64,000 bases of DNA from a virus: positions 8,132-72,131 of the IMG/VR virus record IMGVR_UViG_3300033145_002388. One strand, given 5' to 3'. Every line of letters begins with the position of its first letter. Position 1 is the first letter of the stretch. The notes beneath the pieces were generated by a model. The model did no database searches. It was not told the origin of the DNA and saw nothing but the letters and a program-made list of their open reading frames with translations. Below are positions 56,449 through 64,000 of this stretch, one piece after another. Both the position numbers and the translations under genes were made by a program.

Positions 56449-57104
56449 AAATTTTAGTTATTACGATTACTTGGAATAGATTACATTTAACAGTTCCAGT
56501 ACTAGAAGTTTTTAGACTTAAAGCAAATCATCCTTATAAACATATTATAGTTGATAATAATTCAACTGATGGCACACAAGAATGGCTACAACAATGGGTA
56601 AAAGAGGGACCAGATAGATTTGTTATTCAGAATAAAGAAAATGTAGGAAGGACAGCGGCTTATCTTCAAGCTTTAGAAATTGGAATGAAAGAGCCCTTTG
56701 ATTTTCAAATAGAATTAGGAAATGATATTTATGTTAAATCAGATAATATACTTTCAAAATTAATTGAATTTTATAAATTAGCAGGAGATAATTATGTTGC
56801 TGCGCCCAGAGATTTATTTGTTACTCCTAGATTTAAACCCAGGGAAATAGGACCTCAAGAAAAATTTGGGCCATATACATTTACTCCAACTACACATGCA
56901 GGATTAATGTTAGAAATCCAATCTCCCAGAGCAATAAATGAATTTTTAAAGACTAAGCCTAAACCAACTAGATCAGTATATAGAGCAGATCTGCTTAGAA
57001 AAAAAGGATTTAAAATAGGTTATATAGAAGAAATAGAATATTGTCATATTGGTCCTAAAGATTTTCAAAATTCTTTAAGAGAAAAAGAACAATATAAATA
57101 TTAA
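56445..57104 (+). CDS. GT2 glycosyltransferase
   Basis: ITITWNRLHLT...IIVDNNSTDGTQEWL...NKENVG...GNDI. Confidence 0.85.
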   Translation: MKILVITITWNRLHLTVPVLEVFRLKANHPYKHIIVDNNSTDGTQEWLQQWVKEGPDRFVIQNKENVGRTAAYLQALEIGMKEPFDFQIELGNDIYVKSDNILSKLIEFYKLAGDNYVAAPRDLFVTPRFKPREIGPQEKFGPYTFTPTTHAGLMLEIQSPRAINEFLKTKPKPTRSVYRADLLRKKGFKIGYIEEIEYCHIGPKDFQNSLREKEQYKY

Positions 57105-57105
57105 T

Positions 57106-57444
57106 ATGCCTTATCAAGAATTAATAAAAAATAAAACTTTTACAAATAAACAAATTAAGCAACTTTGGAATGATCTTAGATTAAGAGTAATCTGGCATGG
57201 TTTAGTTATTTCTGGTAAAAGAGTCTATTCAACTAAACAAAAAAAACAAATGACTGAACCTGAAATTATAAGACAATTTGCCAAACTAAGAGCAATTTTG
57301 TGGGCATTAGGTTATGCTTTGAAATCACCTAAAAATAAAAACAAACAAAAGGTTAAAAGGTCAACAATAATTCTTTATAAGAAAGCAATTCCCTTAATTC
57401 ATTCTTATCTTAGACAGATTAGGGGGAAAATAAAAAAGGTTTAA
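57106..57444 (+). CDS. Hypothetical basic helical protein
   Basis: ORF only. Confidence 0.6.
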   Translation: MPYQELIKNKTFTNKQIKQLWNDLRLRVIWHGLVISGKRVYSTKQKKQMTEPEIIRQFAKLRAILWALGYALKSPKNKNKQKVKRSTIILYKKAIPLIHSYLRQIRGKIKKV

Positions 57445-57445
57445 A

Positions 57446-57679
57446 ATGGATTATTTACAATATGGGGGTTTAGGTTTAGCAGCGATTACAATAAGTTTAT
57501 GGGCTAAGTATGTTTTTAATCATCAAAAACATTTACAGCAATCTCATCAAGATTCAATGGATTCTGTATTAAGAGTGGTTGAAAAAAATACAGAAGCAAT
57601 GACAACATTAAATGGTCTTGTTAAACAAGATATTGATACTACTAAAGAATTAAAAAATATTATAATCAATCAAAAATGA
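57446..57679 (+). CDS. Putative holin-like protein (one TM + coiled coil)
   Basis: LQYGGLGLAAITISLW; overlaps the endolysin start. Confidence 0.6.
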   Translation: MDYLQYGGLGLAAITISLWAKYVFNHQKHLQQSHQDSMDSVLRVVEKNTEAMTTLNGLVKQDIDTTKELKNIIINQK

Positions 57680-58302
57680 AACTCAAAAAAATAATTTATT
57701 TAAATGCGGGTCATTTTAATAATGATCCTGGAGCTAAGAAAAATGGATTAATAGAAAGAGAAGAAACAGTTAGAATAAGAGATCTATTAGTTCCAATGCT
57801 TCAAAAGAATTTTGAAGTTATAGTAGTTCCTGACACAGAGAATTTAGAGGACTCTGTAAAGTTTGTAAATGAAAAATCTAAACATCTGAATGATGGAATA
57901 GCTTTATCATTACATCTAAACGCAGGCGGTGGAAAAGGAGCAGAATGTTTTTATCATCGTAGAGCAATTTTTACTGGAAAAAAACAAGCAACTATTTTAA
58001 TGAAACGTTATCATGAAATAACTGGTTTAATTAATAGGGGCGCTAAGCCTGACAATCAATCTGTTAATAAATATCTTTACTGGATTCAAAAAACAAATCC
58101 TTGGGCCTTACTTTTAGAAATGGCTTTTATTGATAATGAGAAGGACATGGTTTACTTTATAAATAACAGACACAGAATTGCAGAAGCAATCTATTTTGGT
58201 ATTTGTGATATTTATAAAATTAAAGTCGAAAATAAAAGTGAAATTAAAAAAAATATTCTTTGGCATTTAAACCAAGGATTAAAATTAGTTCAACAATTAT
58301 GA
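57676..58302 (+). CDS. Endolysin, N-acetylmuramoyl-L-alanine amidase (Amidase_3)
   Basis: LNAGHFNNDPGA, E, SLHLNAGGGKGAE and LLLEMAFIDN. Confidence 0.92.
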   Translation: MKLKKIIYLNAGHFNNDPGAKKNGLIEREETVRIRDLLVPMLQKNFEVIVVPDTENLEDSVKFVNEKSKHLNDGIALSLHLNAGGGKGAECFYHRRAIFTGKKQATILMKRYHEITGLINRGAKPDNQSVNKYLYWIQKTNPWALLLEMAFIDNEKDMVYFINNRHRIAEAIYFGICDIYKIKVENKSEIKKNILWHLNQGLKLVQQL

Positions 58303-58517
58303 ATTATTCAAAAGAACTTTTACTATCAGTCGCAACTATTTTAGTTAGTACTGGTGTTACAATGATTAATACCAAACTTTGGACAGGAATTGCTTGTTTA
58401 ATTTTAGGTGTATTAGTTTTTGTTGGAAGAGGATTTTATAAGAAGTATCTTGAATGTAAACCAGCGAGCCCTAGTCTTCCAAATTCATCAGAAAAACCCT
58501 CTGAACCAATTCAATAA
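58299..58517 (+). CDS. Two-TM membrane protein (holin candidate)
   Basis: Two hydrophobic helices; ATGA overlap with the endolysin stop. Confidence 0.6.
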   Translation: MNYSKELLLSVATILVSTGVTMINTKLWTGIACLILGVLVFVGRGFYKKYLECKPASPSLPNSSEKPSEPIQ

Positions 58518-58534
58518 TCGGAAATTATTTCCGA
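58518..58534. repeat. 17-bp palindrome, copy 5 (TCGGAAATTATTTCCGA)
   Basis: Intergenic, just upstream of the DnaA box and promoter of the replication module. Confidence 0.9.
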
Positions 58535-58541
58535 ATTAATC

Positions 58542-58584
58542 TGTGGAAAACTTTTTTGACAAAAGGTATAATTTGTATTAATAT
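58542..58584 (+). promoter_or_regulatory. DnaA box + sigma-70 promoter
   Basis: TGTGGAAAA (reverse complement TTTTCCACA) at 58542; TTGACA at 58556, 17-bp spacer, TAATAT at 58579. Confidence 0.7.
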
Positions 58585-58602
58585 AAATATGAGGAAATTA
58601 AA

Positions 58603-59310
58603 ATGATAATACAACCCAGAAATTTAAAAGGTTATTATACTATTGATAATGAACCTTATATTTCTGTAACCACTGCTCTTCAAATAATTTATAAAAAAGG
58701 ATTAGATATCTGGAAACAAAAAAAGGTTGCGGAAACCGCGCTATTAGAACCAAATTCTTCTATAGATCAAATTTTAAAAGATGCAAATAAAACAAAAAAT
58801 GCAGCTGCCTCTAAAGGAAGGAAAACGCATAAAGCAATTGAATTATCAAGAGATTTAATTAAGATATCAGAACATCCAATAGAAATTCAGCCTTATTTGA
58901 TAGCTTATAATAAATTTTTAGAATCAATGCGGTTTGGAATTATTGCTCGTGAATTAACATGTTATTCTCAAACATATAAATTTGCCGGAACTGCGGATCT
59001 TCTTATTCAAACTTTTTTTGGAGAAACTTGGTTGATAGATTTTAAGACTTCAAATTATGTTCATGATTCTAATCAACTTCAACTATCAGCTTATAAAGAA
59101 GCAATTGAAGAAATGAAGATTATCAAAATAGATAGATTATTTATATTACATTTAATGAAAGATAAAAATTTTGATCTTTATGAAGCCAAATATGATTTTG
59201 AAACTTTTAAAGCTGTGCTTAAATTAAATAAATGGGCAGATCCCAAAAATATTAAATTATTAAAATCAAATGACAATTCAAAAAAAGAACTTAACATTAG
59301 TAAAAATTAG
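58603..59310 (+). CDS. PD-(D/E)XK exonuclease (RecB/Cas4-like)
   Basis: YISVTT, KGRKTHKAIE, FAGTADLL, LIDFKTS and LQLSAY. Confidence 0.88.
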   Translation: MIIQPRNLKGYYTIDNEPYISVTTALQIIYKKGLDIWKQKKVAETALLEPNSSIDQILKDANKTKNAAASKGRKTHKAIELSRDLIKISEHPIEIQPYLIAYNKFLESMRFGIIARELTCYSQTYKFAGTADLLIQTFFGETWLIDFKTSNYVHDSNQLQLSAYKEAIEEMKIIKIDRLFILHLMKDKNFDLYEAKYDFETFKAVLKLNKWADPKNIKLLKSNDNSKKELNISKN

Positions 59311-59878
59311 AGAAGTTCAAAAAGACACACTTAGTCAAATAATTAAAAGTAAAACTAATTTATCTGCAATTCATCAAAAACTTAAAAATCTTTTAAAAAC
59401 TGTTCTGATTGTTGGACAAATTCAATTTTTAGAAGCAGGAAAAATTTTAGAATATATTAAAAGAAAAAAAACTTTTAAATCAGAAGATCGTAGTAGAAAA
59501 ATATCTTGGGGAGAATTTTGTTCGCAACCAGATTTTCCCCTTCCAGGACCGACCGCTGAAGCAAGAAGACGTAAAGCTGATATGTTAATTAGGGTTTATA
59601 GTGTATTTCAAAAGAAATATAAGATAGATCCTTTTTTGTTAGCAGAAATTGGATATACAAAACTTCACATGATTACTAGTTCTGTTGAAGCTGAACCAAA
59701 AAAAATTAATGAGTGGTTAGATAAATCCCTTAATTTAACTGAATCAGATTTAATGAAAGAAATTTCTGAAGGTGGAAAAAGTCTTAAAGAAATATCTGAT
59801 TGTAAACATTTAAATACCAAGAAAATTATAATTTGGAAATGTTTAGATTGTGGGACTATTTTAACTTCTAAGCCATAA
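59270..59878 (+). CDS. DUF3102-like helical DNA-binding protein with C-terminal zinc ribbon
   Basis: FLEAGKILEYIK...SWGEFC...ADMLIRVY...IGYTKL; CKH...CLDCG. Confidence 0.55.
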   Translation: MTIQKKNLTLVKIREVQKDTLSQIIKSKTNLSAIHQKLKNLLKTVLIVGQIQFLEAGKILEYIKRKKTFKSEDRSRKISWGEFCSQPDFPLPGPTAEARRRKADMLIRVYSVFQKKYKIDPFLLAEIGYTKLHMITSSVEAEPKKINEWLDKSLNLTESDLMKEISEGGKSLKEISDCKHLNTKKIIIWKCLDCGTILTSKP

Positions 59879-59882
59879 AAAG

Positions 59883-59929
59883 TTATCCACAGATTTTTTC
59901 TTGACATTTTTATTATATATCTATATAAT
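59883..59929 (+). promoter_or_regulatory. DnaA box + consensus sigma-70 promoter
   Basis: TTATCCACA at 59883-59891; TTGACA at 59901, 17-bp spacer, TATAAT at 59924. Confidence 0.85.
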
Positions 59930-59959
59930 AAATATAACTAATTAAGTAATTTTAATATT

Positions 59960-60553
59960 ATGCTAGACAAAAAATTGGAAATTAAAACTGACACAGGAAC
60001 TGAATTTGAAATCATTCCAGAAGATACTTACCAAGCAGTTATTGATGGAATTGAATTGGTTGAACAACCAAAATACCGTAAACCTTCTGAAATGGAAGAA
60101 GTAATTGCATTTAGATTTGCATTACTTTCTGAAGATCCAGAAATAAATGGTAGATTAGTTTGGAAAAGAATTAAACCAGTAGTTAATGCAGGATTTAAAA
60201 ATGGCAAAGCTTCAAGTCTTTATTCACTTTTGAAAACAGTTTTTAAAAAAGAACCCGATATGGAAAAAATTTATACAGAAACTGATATTAATTCTATGTT
60301 AGACAAACAATTAAGACTTTTAGTTGAAGTAAAAAAAACTCAAAAAGATGGAAGAGAGTATAATAAAGTTGGAAACTTTTTGGTTTCTAAAACTGATATG
60401 GAAGTTTCTGATGAAATTCTTGAACAACGAAAAAAACTTGATGCTAAGAAAAATGAAAATGATGAAGATATAAATCCTATTACTGGAGCAAAAAAAACAG
60501 AGGAAGTAGCTTCTGATGAATCAATTACTGATGAAGAAATGCATTTTGATTAA
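59960..60553 (+). CDS. Single-stranded DNA-binding protein (DUF669-like OB fold)
   Basis: FEIIPEDTYQAVI...GRLVW...GREYNKV; acidic tail ending in FD. Confidence 0.7.
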   Translation: MLDKKLEIKTDTGTEFEIIPEDTYQAVIDGIELVEQPKYRKPSEMEEVIAFRFALLSEDPEINGRLVWKRIKPVVNAGFKNGKASSLYSLLKTVFKKEPDMEKIYTETDINSMLDKQLRLLVEVKKTQKDGREYNKVGNFLVSKTDMEVSDEILEQRKKLDAKKNENDEDINPITGAKKTEEVASDESITDEEMHFD

Positions 60554-60560
60554 ATATTGA

Positions 60561-60586
60561 CGCTATATTCCTTATAGAATATAGCG
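60561..60586. other. Perfect 10-bp hairpin after the SSB gene
   Basis: CGCTATATTC / GAATATAGCG with no U-tract; overlaps a TTGACG hexamer. Confidence 0.55.
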
Positions 60587-60605
60587 CTAGTACTTAATCT
60601 AAAAA

Positions 60606-61013
60606 ATGGATAAAAAACAATTAATTAAATTTACATCGGCTAATTTATGTGTTTGGACTTTTAGTACTCCTGTTTTAAATGGAGCCTCTTTTTTTATTCT
60701 TGGTTATGATTTAGAAGAAACCTCTAATAAAGCTCGTCAAATAATTATTAATAAATTACAAAAAGAAAATAACAATTATCAAAATATAGGTGCAATTCCA
60801 TTAGGATATATAGGAAAAATTCCTGTTTTAGAAATATTAAATTGTTTGGATGAAAAAATTTTAGAAGAAAAAAAATTAGTTCCAAAAATTAAAGAGCCAA
60901 AAGAATCAATAAATAATTTTATCTGTAATTTAAAATTAACGGCTGAAAAATTTATAAAATCAAAAAAAGATAAAGATGAATTAAATAAAATAATTAGTAA
61001 ACTGGAAAAATAA
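60606..61013 (+). CDS. Hypothetical protein
   Basis: ORF only. Confidence 0.6.
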   Translation: MDKKQLIKFTSANLCVWTFSTPVLNGASFFILGYDLEETSNKARQIIINKLQKENNNYQNIGAIPLGYIGKIPVLEILNCLDEKILEEKKLVPKIKEPKESINNFICNLKLTAEKFIKSKKDKDELNKIISKLEK

Positions 61014-61065
61014 TGTGGTAATTCTAAAAAAGATAATACAGTTTCTAATAAATTAAAAATATTAA

Positions 61066-61806
61066 ATGAAATATAACATTAACATAAATCAATTAGTATT
61101 ATCAAAAACAAGTTTTGATTTAATAGATTGTGCTATTATTGATTATATTTATTATTATTGTAATAGCAAAAATGAAAAAATAGAAAATCAAAGAATTAAG
61201 AATGAAAAGGGTATTTGGACTTGGATAAATTATCAAACGCTTTTAAGGGATATGCCATTGATTAAAATCAAAAGTTTAGGCGCTTTAACTCCAAGAATAA
61301 AAAAAATTGAACAAGAGGGTTATATTAAAACTTTTAGACAGGGAAATCAAAAGCTATTCATTAAATTGAATAGTAAAATTGACGAGCTATTCATAGAAAC
61401 AAACAGAACTGTTCACGAAAATGAACAGAGCTGTTCACCAAAACGAACTAATAATAATACTATAGATAATAATACTAATATAAATATTGCGAAGAAAAAA
61501 TCTTCGCCCCCTAAAAGAAATCCTCTAGAGAAAATAGATTTAAAGGAAGAAATAGATAAATTGTTAAAAAACAAAACTAGACATATTCATATTATAGGAT
61601 TGTGGTTAGAAGAAAATCCCCCATCAGTCTCAACCTATGGAGCCCTTTGTACAACCATTAAAAGAAATCTAAGAGCGGCCCGGGACTTATGTGGCTATCC
61701 TGACGAAATAATATTAAATGGAATAGCATTTGTAAAAGATGATGGGGAAAGAGCAAACTATGATCCCACATTAGAAACTGTAATTAAAAAAATTAATTTA
61801 GTTTAA
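61066..61806 (+). CDS. Replication initiator (lambda O-like, N-terminal winged helix)
   Basis: WTWINYQTLLRDMP...RIKKIEQEGYI, followed by an iteron-coded linker and an Asn-rich AT tract. Confidence 0.75.
   Translation: MKYNININQLVLSKTSFDLIDCAIIDYIYYYCNSKNEKIENQRIKNEKGIWTWINYQTLLRDMPLIKIKSLGALTPRIKKIEQEGYIKTFRQGNQKLFIKLNSKIDELFIETNRTVHENEQSCSPKRTNNNTIDNNTNINIAKKKSSPPKRNPLEKIDLKEEIDKLLKNKTRHIHIIGLWLEENPPSVSTYGALCTTIKRNLRAARDLCGYPDEIILNGIAFVKDDGERANYDPTLETVIKKINLV
61384..61490. repeat. Putative replication origin: three 22-bp iterons plus AT-rich tract
   Basis: GAGCTATTCATAGAAACAAACA / GAACTGTTCACGAAAATGAACA / GAGCTGTTCACCAAAACGAACT at 61384, 61406 and 61428, then AATAATAATACTATAGATAATAATACTAAT. 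Confidence 0.7.
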
Positions 61807-62130
61807 ATGATAAAATCTATAAAAATAATTCCCCAAAAATTTAAAAGCTTAAAATATTATATGGATAGACCAAGAAAAGAATTTTATAATCCTATTTTGG
61901 GATATTTTAGTTCTCAAGAAAAATTAGATAGGGCAATTAAAGAAAGTGGAATCATTCAAAAAAATCATAATTTTTGGGCAATTCCCTTAATAGAATTTAC
62001 TCATAAAGAAACTGAAAGAGGTTTATGGAAAAGGGGAGAAATTGGATTGGGGGTTGATCCACAATTTGAAAACTATAAAAATAATAAAAAAAATAAAATA
62101 GAGATTAAATCTAAACAAATGCATCTATGA
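61807..62130 (+). CDS. Hypothetical protein
   Basis: ORF only. Confidence 0.5.
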   Translation: MIKSIKIIPQKFKSLKYYMDRPRKEFYNPILGYFSSQEKLDRAIKESGIIQKNHNFWAIPLIEFTHKETERGLWKRGEIGLGVDPQFENYKNNKKNKIEIKSKQMHL

Positions 62131-62396
62131 GTTATGAAGGCGATAAATTGATTGATTCAATAAAAAATTCAAGTGATTCTAATGAAACTTTTTTAGTAGG
62201 ATTATATGATTATTTTTGTCGTAGATTTAATAATGAGGATAATTATAATCATGATCCTTATAAAGAAACTATCTTAAGTTTAAAAAATAGAATCATAAAC
62301 ATAGAAACTAATTTAAATAATCTAATGTTATTTAAAGATAAGATTGAAAATTCTGATATTTGGAAAACCTTAAATAGATTAACAAAAGAAAAATGA
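62127..62396 (+). CDS. Hypothetical protein
   Basis: ATGA overlap with the previous gene. Confidence 0.55.
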   Translation: MSYEGDKLIDSIKNSSDSNETFLVGLYDYFCRRFNNEDNYNHDPYKETILSLKNRIINIETNLNNLMLFKDKIENSDIWKTLNRLTKEK

Positions 62397-62489
62397 TTAA
62401 TCACATTTCTAGTAAAGCCATTAAACAAATTAAAAAATGGAAATCCCCCGAAGGGCCAAGAATTTTTAAGAAGCATAAAAAGAAAAAAA

Positions 62490-62717
62490 ATGTCAAGAAA
62501 TAAGTTTAAAAATTTAATAGCTTTTTGTCTTTTAATGCAAAGTGGAAAGGGAATCTTAGAGAAAAGTCCTAGGTATGTGGAAGAAAAATTTAAAAGATAT
62601 TTAAATTCTGGTAATGAAGAATTTAAATGGGGATTAGATTTTTCTAATCAGATTAAATTTAATAAGTATTATGAAAAATGGAAAACATTAATTTATCTTT
62701 TATATGAAAAAAATTAA
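62490..62717 (+). CDS. Hypothetical protein
   Basis: FCLLMQSGKGILEKSPRYVEEK...LDFSN. Confidence 0.6.
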   Translation: MSRNKFKNLIAFCLLMQSGKGILEKSPRYVEEKFKRYLNSGNEEFKWGLDFSNQIKFNKYYEKWKTLIYLLYEKN

Positions 62718-62868
62718 TCGTTGTTTAATTTGTAAGCAACCTCTTTCTAAAATAGAAAATAAGTGTCTTAAGAAAATTTGTTGCATCTGTAATCGTCATT
62801 TTTTAAAGTCAGAAGCATTCCGAAAAAAATATAATAATATATTTAATCAAGTAAAAAAAAATTTATGA
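62704..62868 (+). CDS. 54-aa zinc-finger-like protein (not in ORF track)
   Basis: CLIC...CCIC; overlaps both neighbours. Confidence 0.5.
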   Translation: MKKINRCLICKQPLSKIENKCLKKICCICNRHFLKSEAFRKKYNNIFNQVKKNL

Positions 62869-62984
62869 AAAAAATAAAAGTATGCCCAGGATCTAAAATT
62901 CGTTCTAGAGGAAAAGGACGTGGTTTAGGAAAAGGGAAAGGAAAAGGTCCGATAGGTAGACCCTTCCAAATCAAAGGTAAATAA
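62865..62984 (+). CDS. 39-aa Gly/Lys/Arg-rich miniprotein (not in ORF track)
   Basis: MKKIKVCPGSKIRSRGKGRGLGKGKGKGPIGRPFQIKGK; AATTTATG leader. Confidence 0.55.
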   Translation: MKKIKVCPGSKIRSRGKGRGLGKGKGKGPIGRPFQIKGK

Positions 62985-62989
62985 GAAAA

Positions 62990-63382
62990 ATGAAAAGGAT
63001 TAGAAGAACAAAAAAACAACTAGAAAGACAAAGGTTTATTGATTATCTTGGTTATCAAAGTTTTTTTATTAGAAAATTTTCTTCATTAGATAATTTAATA
63101 GAAGATTATAAACAAATTTTGAAAGCAAAAAAAGCTTACGAGAAAGAATTTTCTAACAAGAAAATTAGTATCCGTAAAAGTTTATATTTTTTTCGAAATG
63201 AAAAAGTTATTTCAAGTAGAGAGTTAAATATAATGTTTCTTTTATATGGATTAGAAAATAAATTTGCCAAACCAAGAACCTTAGATGAAACCGGAAAACT
63301 AATGGGAATTAGTAGAGAAAGAATTAGACAGATCCGACATCGAATTTTAGAAAAAATAAATTCTGATTATGAAAAAAAATAA
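62990..63382 (+). CDS. Sigma-70 region-4 HTH protein
   Basis: ISSRELNIMFLLYGL...PRTLDETGKLMGISRERIRQI. Confidence 0.85.
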   Translation: MKRIRRTKKQLERQRFIDYLGYQSFFIRKFSSLDNLIEDYKQILKAKKAYEKEFSNKKISIRKSLYFFRNEKVISSRELNIMFLLYGLENKFAKPRTLDETGKLMGISRERIRQIRHRILEKINSDYEKK

Positions 63383-63800
63383 AATAAATATTAAAATTCT
63401 AATTTTTTTCCTTATTATTTTTCTATTATTTTGTGGAATCTGTGAAATAATAAAGTGGGGTTTTAGGCAAGAAGAGCTAAAACAACAGAAGAGATTTGAA
63501 GTCTATAAAATGTTAGAAACAAAATTAAAAGAACAAAGAAGGGTTAAAATAGCAATGTTTAGGGAATTAGAAATTATTAGTTGGTGTGAAAGCCGACATA
63601 ATGACGAGGCAAAAAATCCCTATTCTTCTGCTCTTGGTTGTTTTCAGATTATAGATAGCACAAAAGAATTATGCGAGAAACATCTTGGCAGAAAAATTGA
63701 CAGAACAAATAAACAAGATAGCTGGGATTGTGCAATGTGGCTTTACCAAAGGTATGGGACGAAGCCGTGGAACGCAAGTAAACATTGCTGGAATAAATAA
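63369..63800 (+). CDS. Membrane-anchored lytic transglycosylase (SLT-like)
   Basis: N-terminal TM segment; CESRHNDEAKNPYSSALGCFQI...GTKPWNASKHCW. Confidence 0.82.
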   Translation: MKKNKINIKILIFFLIIFLLFCGICEIIKWGFRQEELKQQKRFEVYKMLETKLKEQRRVKIAMFRELEIISWCESRHNDEAKNPYSSALGCFQIIDSTKELCEKHLGRKIDRTNKQDSWDCAMWLYQRYGTKPWNASKHCWNK

Positions 63801-64000
63801 ATAAATTATGGAAAATGAAAAAGAGTTTGAAAAATTGTGGCAAGAAGAAATGGGTAAAATAGAAAAGATATATCCAGTTAATTTTACCTATGTTTATAAA
63901 ATGTGTTATAGAATTACCCAAAACCTTTTAGATAAACAAAGAGAGGAGATAAAGGAAAAGATTGAGAAAAAAGAAAAAGATGTAGAAGTACCAGAACCAA

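Noticed and set aside
58603-59310. Cas4 as part of a CRISPR system
   Set aside because: No Fe-S cysteine set; it sits with SSB and the initiator as an ordinary phage recombination exonuclease.
2922-63921. Minus-strand ORFs in the track (e.g. 2922, 11747, 32068, 37411, 49322, 53134, 59665, 63649) and short nested plus-strand ORFs (18017, 25773, 26440, 47989)
   Set aside because: They lie wholly or largely within well-supported + strand genes, have no motifs, and look like shadow frames.
1-64000. Stop-codon reassignment, tRNA/rRNA genes, integrase or transposase
   Set aside because: Long ORFs tile the window in code 11 with TAA, TAG and TGA all used as stops; no cloverleaf, rRNA or recombinase motifs were recognised by eye.

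Overview
AT-rich, gene-dense segment of a tailed dsDNA bacteriophage genome with podovirus-like architecture. Essentially every real gene is on the + strand and reads in the standard bacterial code. Gene order: glycosyl/methyltransferase cluster (1-5.1 kb); a repeat- and hairpin-rich intergenic region (5.13-5.46 kb); small early genes, a degenerate UDG, a SymE-like ORF, RtcB and a MoxR-AAA/vWA/metallopeptidase cassette (5.5-16.7 kb); head module with GpA-type terminase, portal, scaffold and major capsid protein (17.4-27.4 kb); a 4577-aa putative ejection protein; tail, fibre, GroES and lysis genes (42.8-58.5 kb); and a replication module with exonuclease, SSB, initiator with iterons, sigma-70 region-4 protein and SLT (58.6-64 kb). 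Two observations stand out. (1) The portal ORF is fused to an ASCH-like domain and an intein-containing ATP-dependent ligase, and is followed by a Pol-beta-type nucleotidyltransferase and a LigD-type 3'-phosphoesterase, which looks like a nucleic-acid end-healing/sealing cassette built into the head operon. (2) A 17-bp palindrome, TCGGAAATWATTTCCGA, occurs five times across the window, three times inside coding sequence. Sigma-70 promoters, DnaA boxes, peptidoglycan hydrolases, Shine-Dalgarno-less starts and DUF5659/DUF5679-like genes point to a bacterial, possibly Patescibacteria (CPR), host. All family assignments are by eye from motifs; no searches were run.
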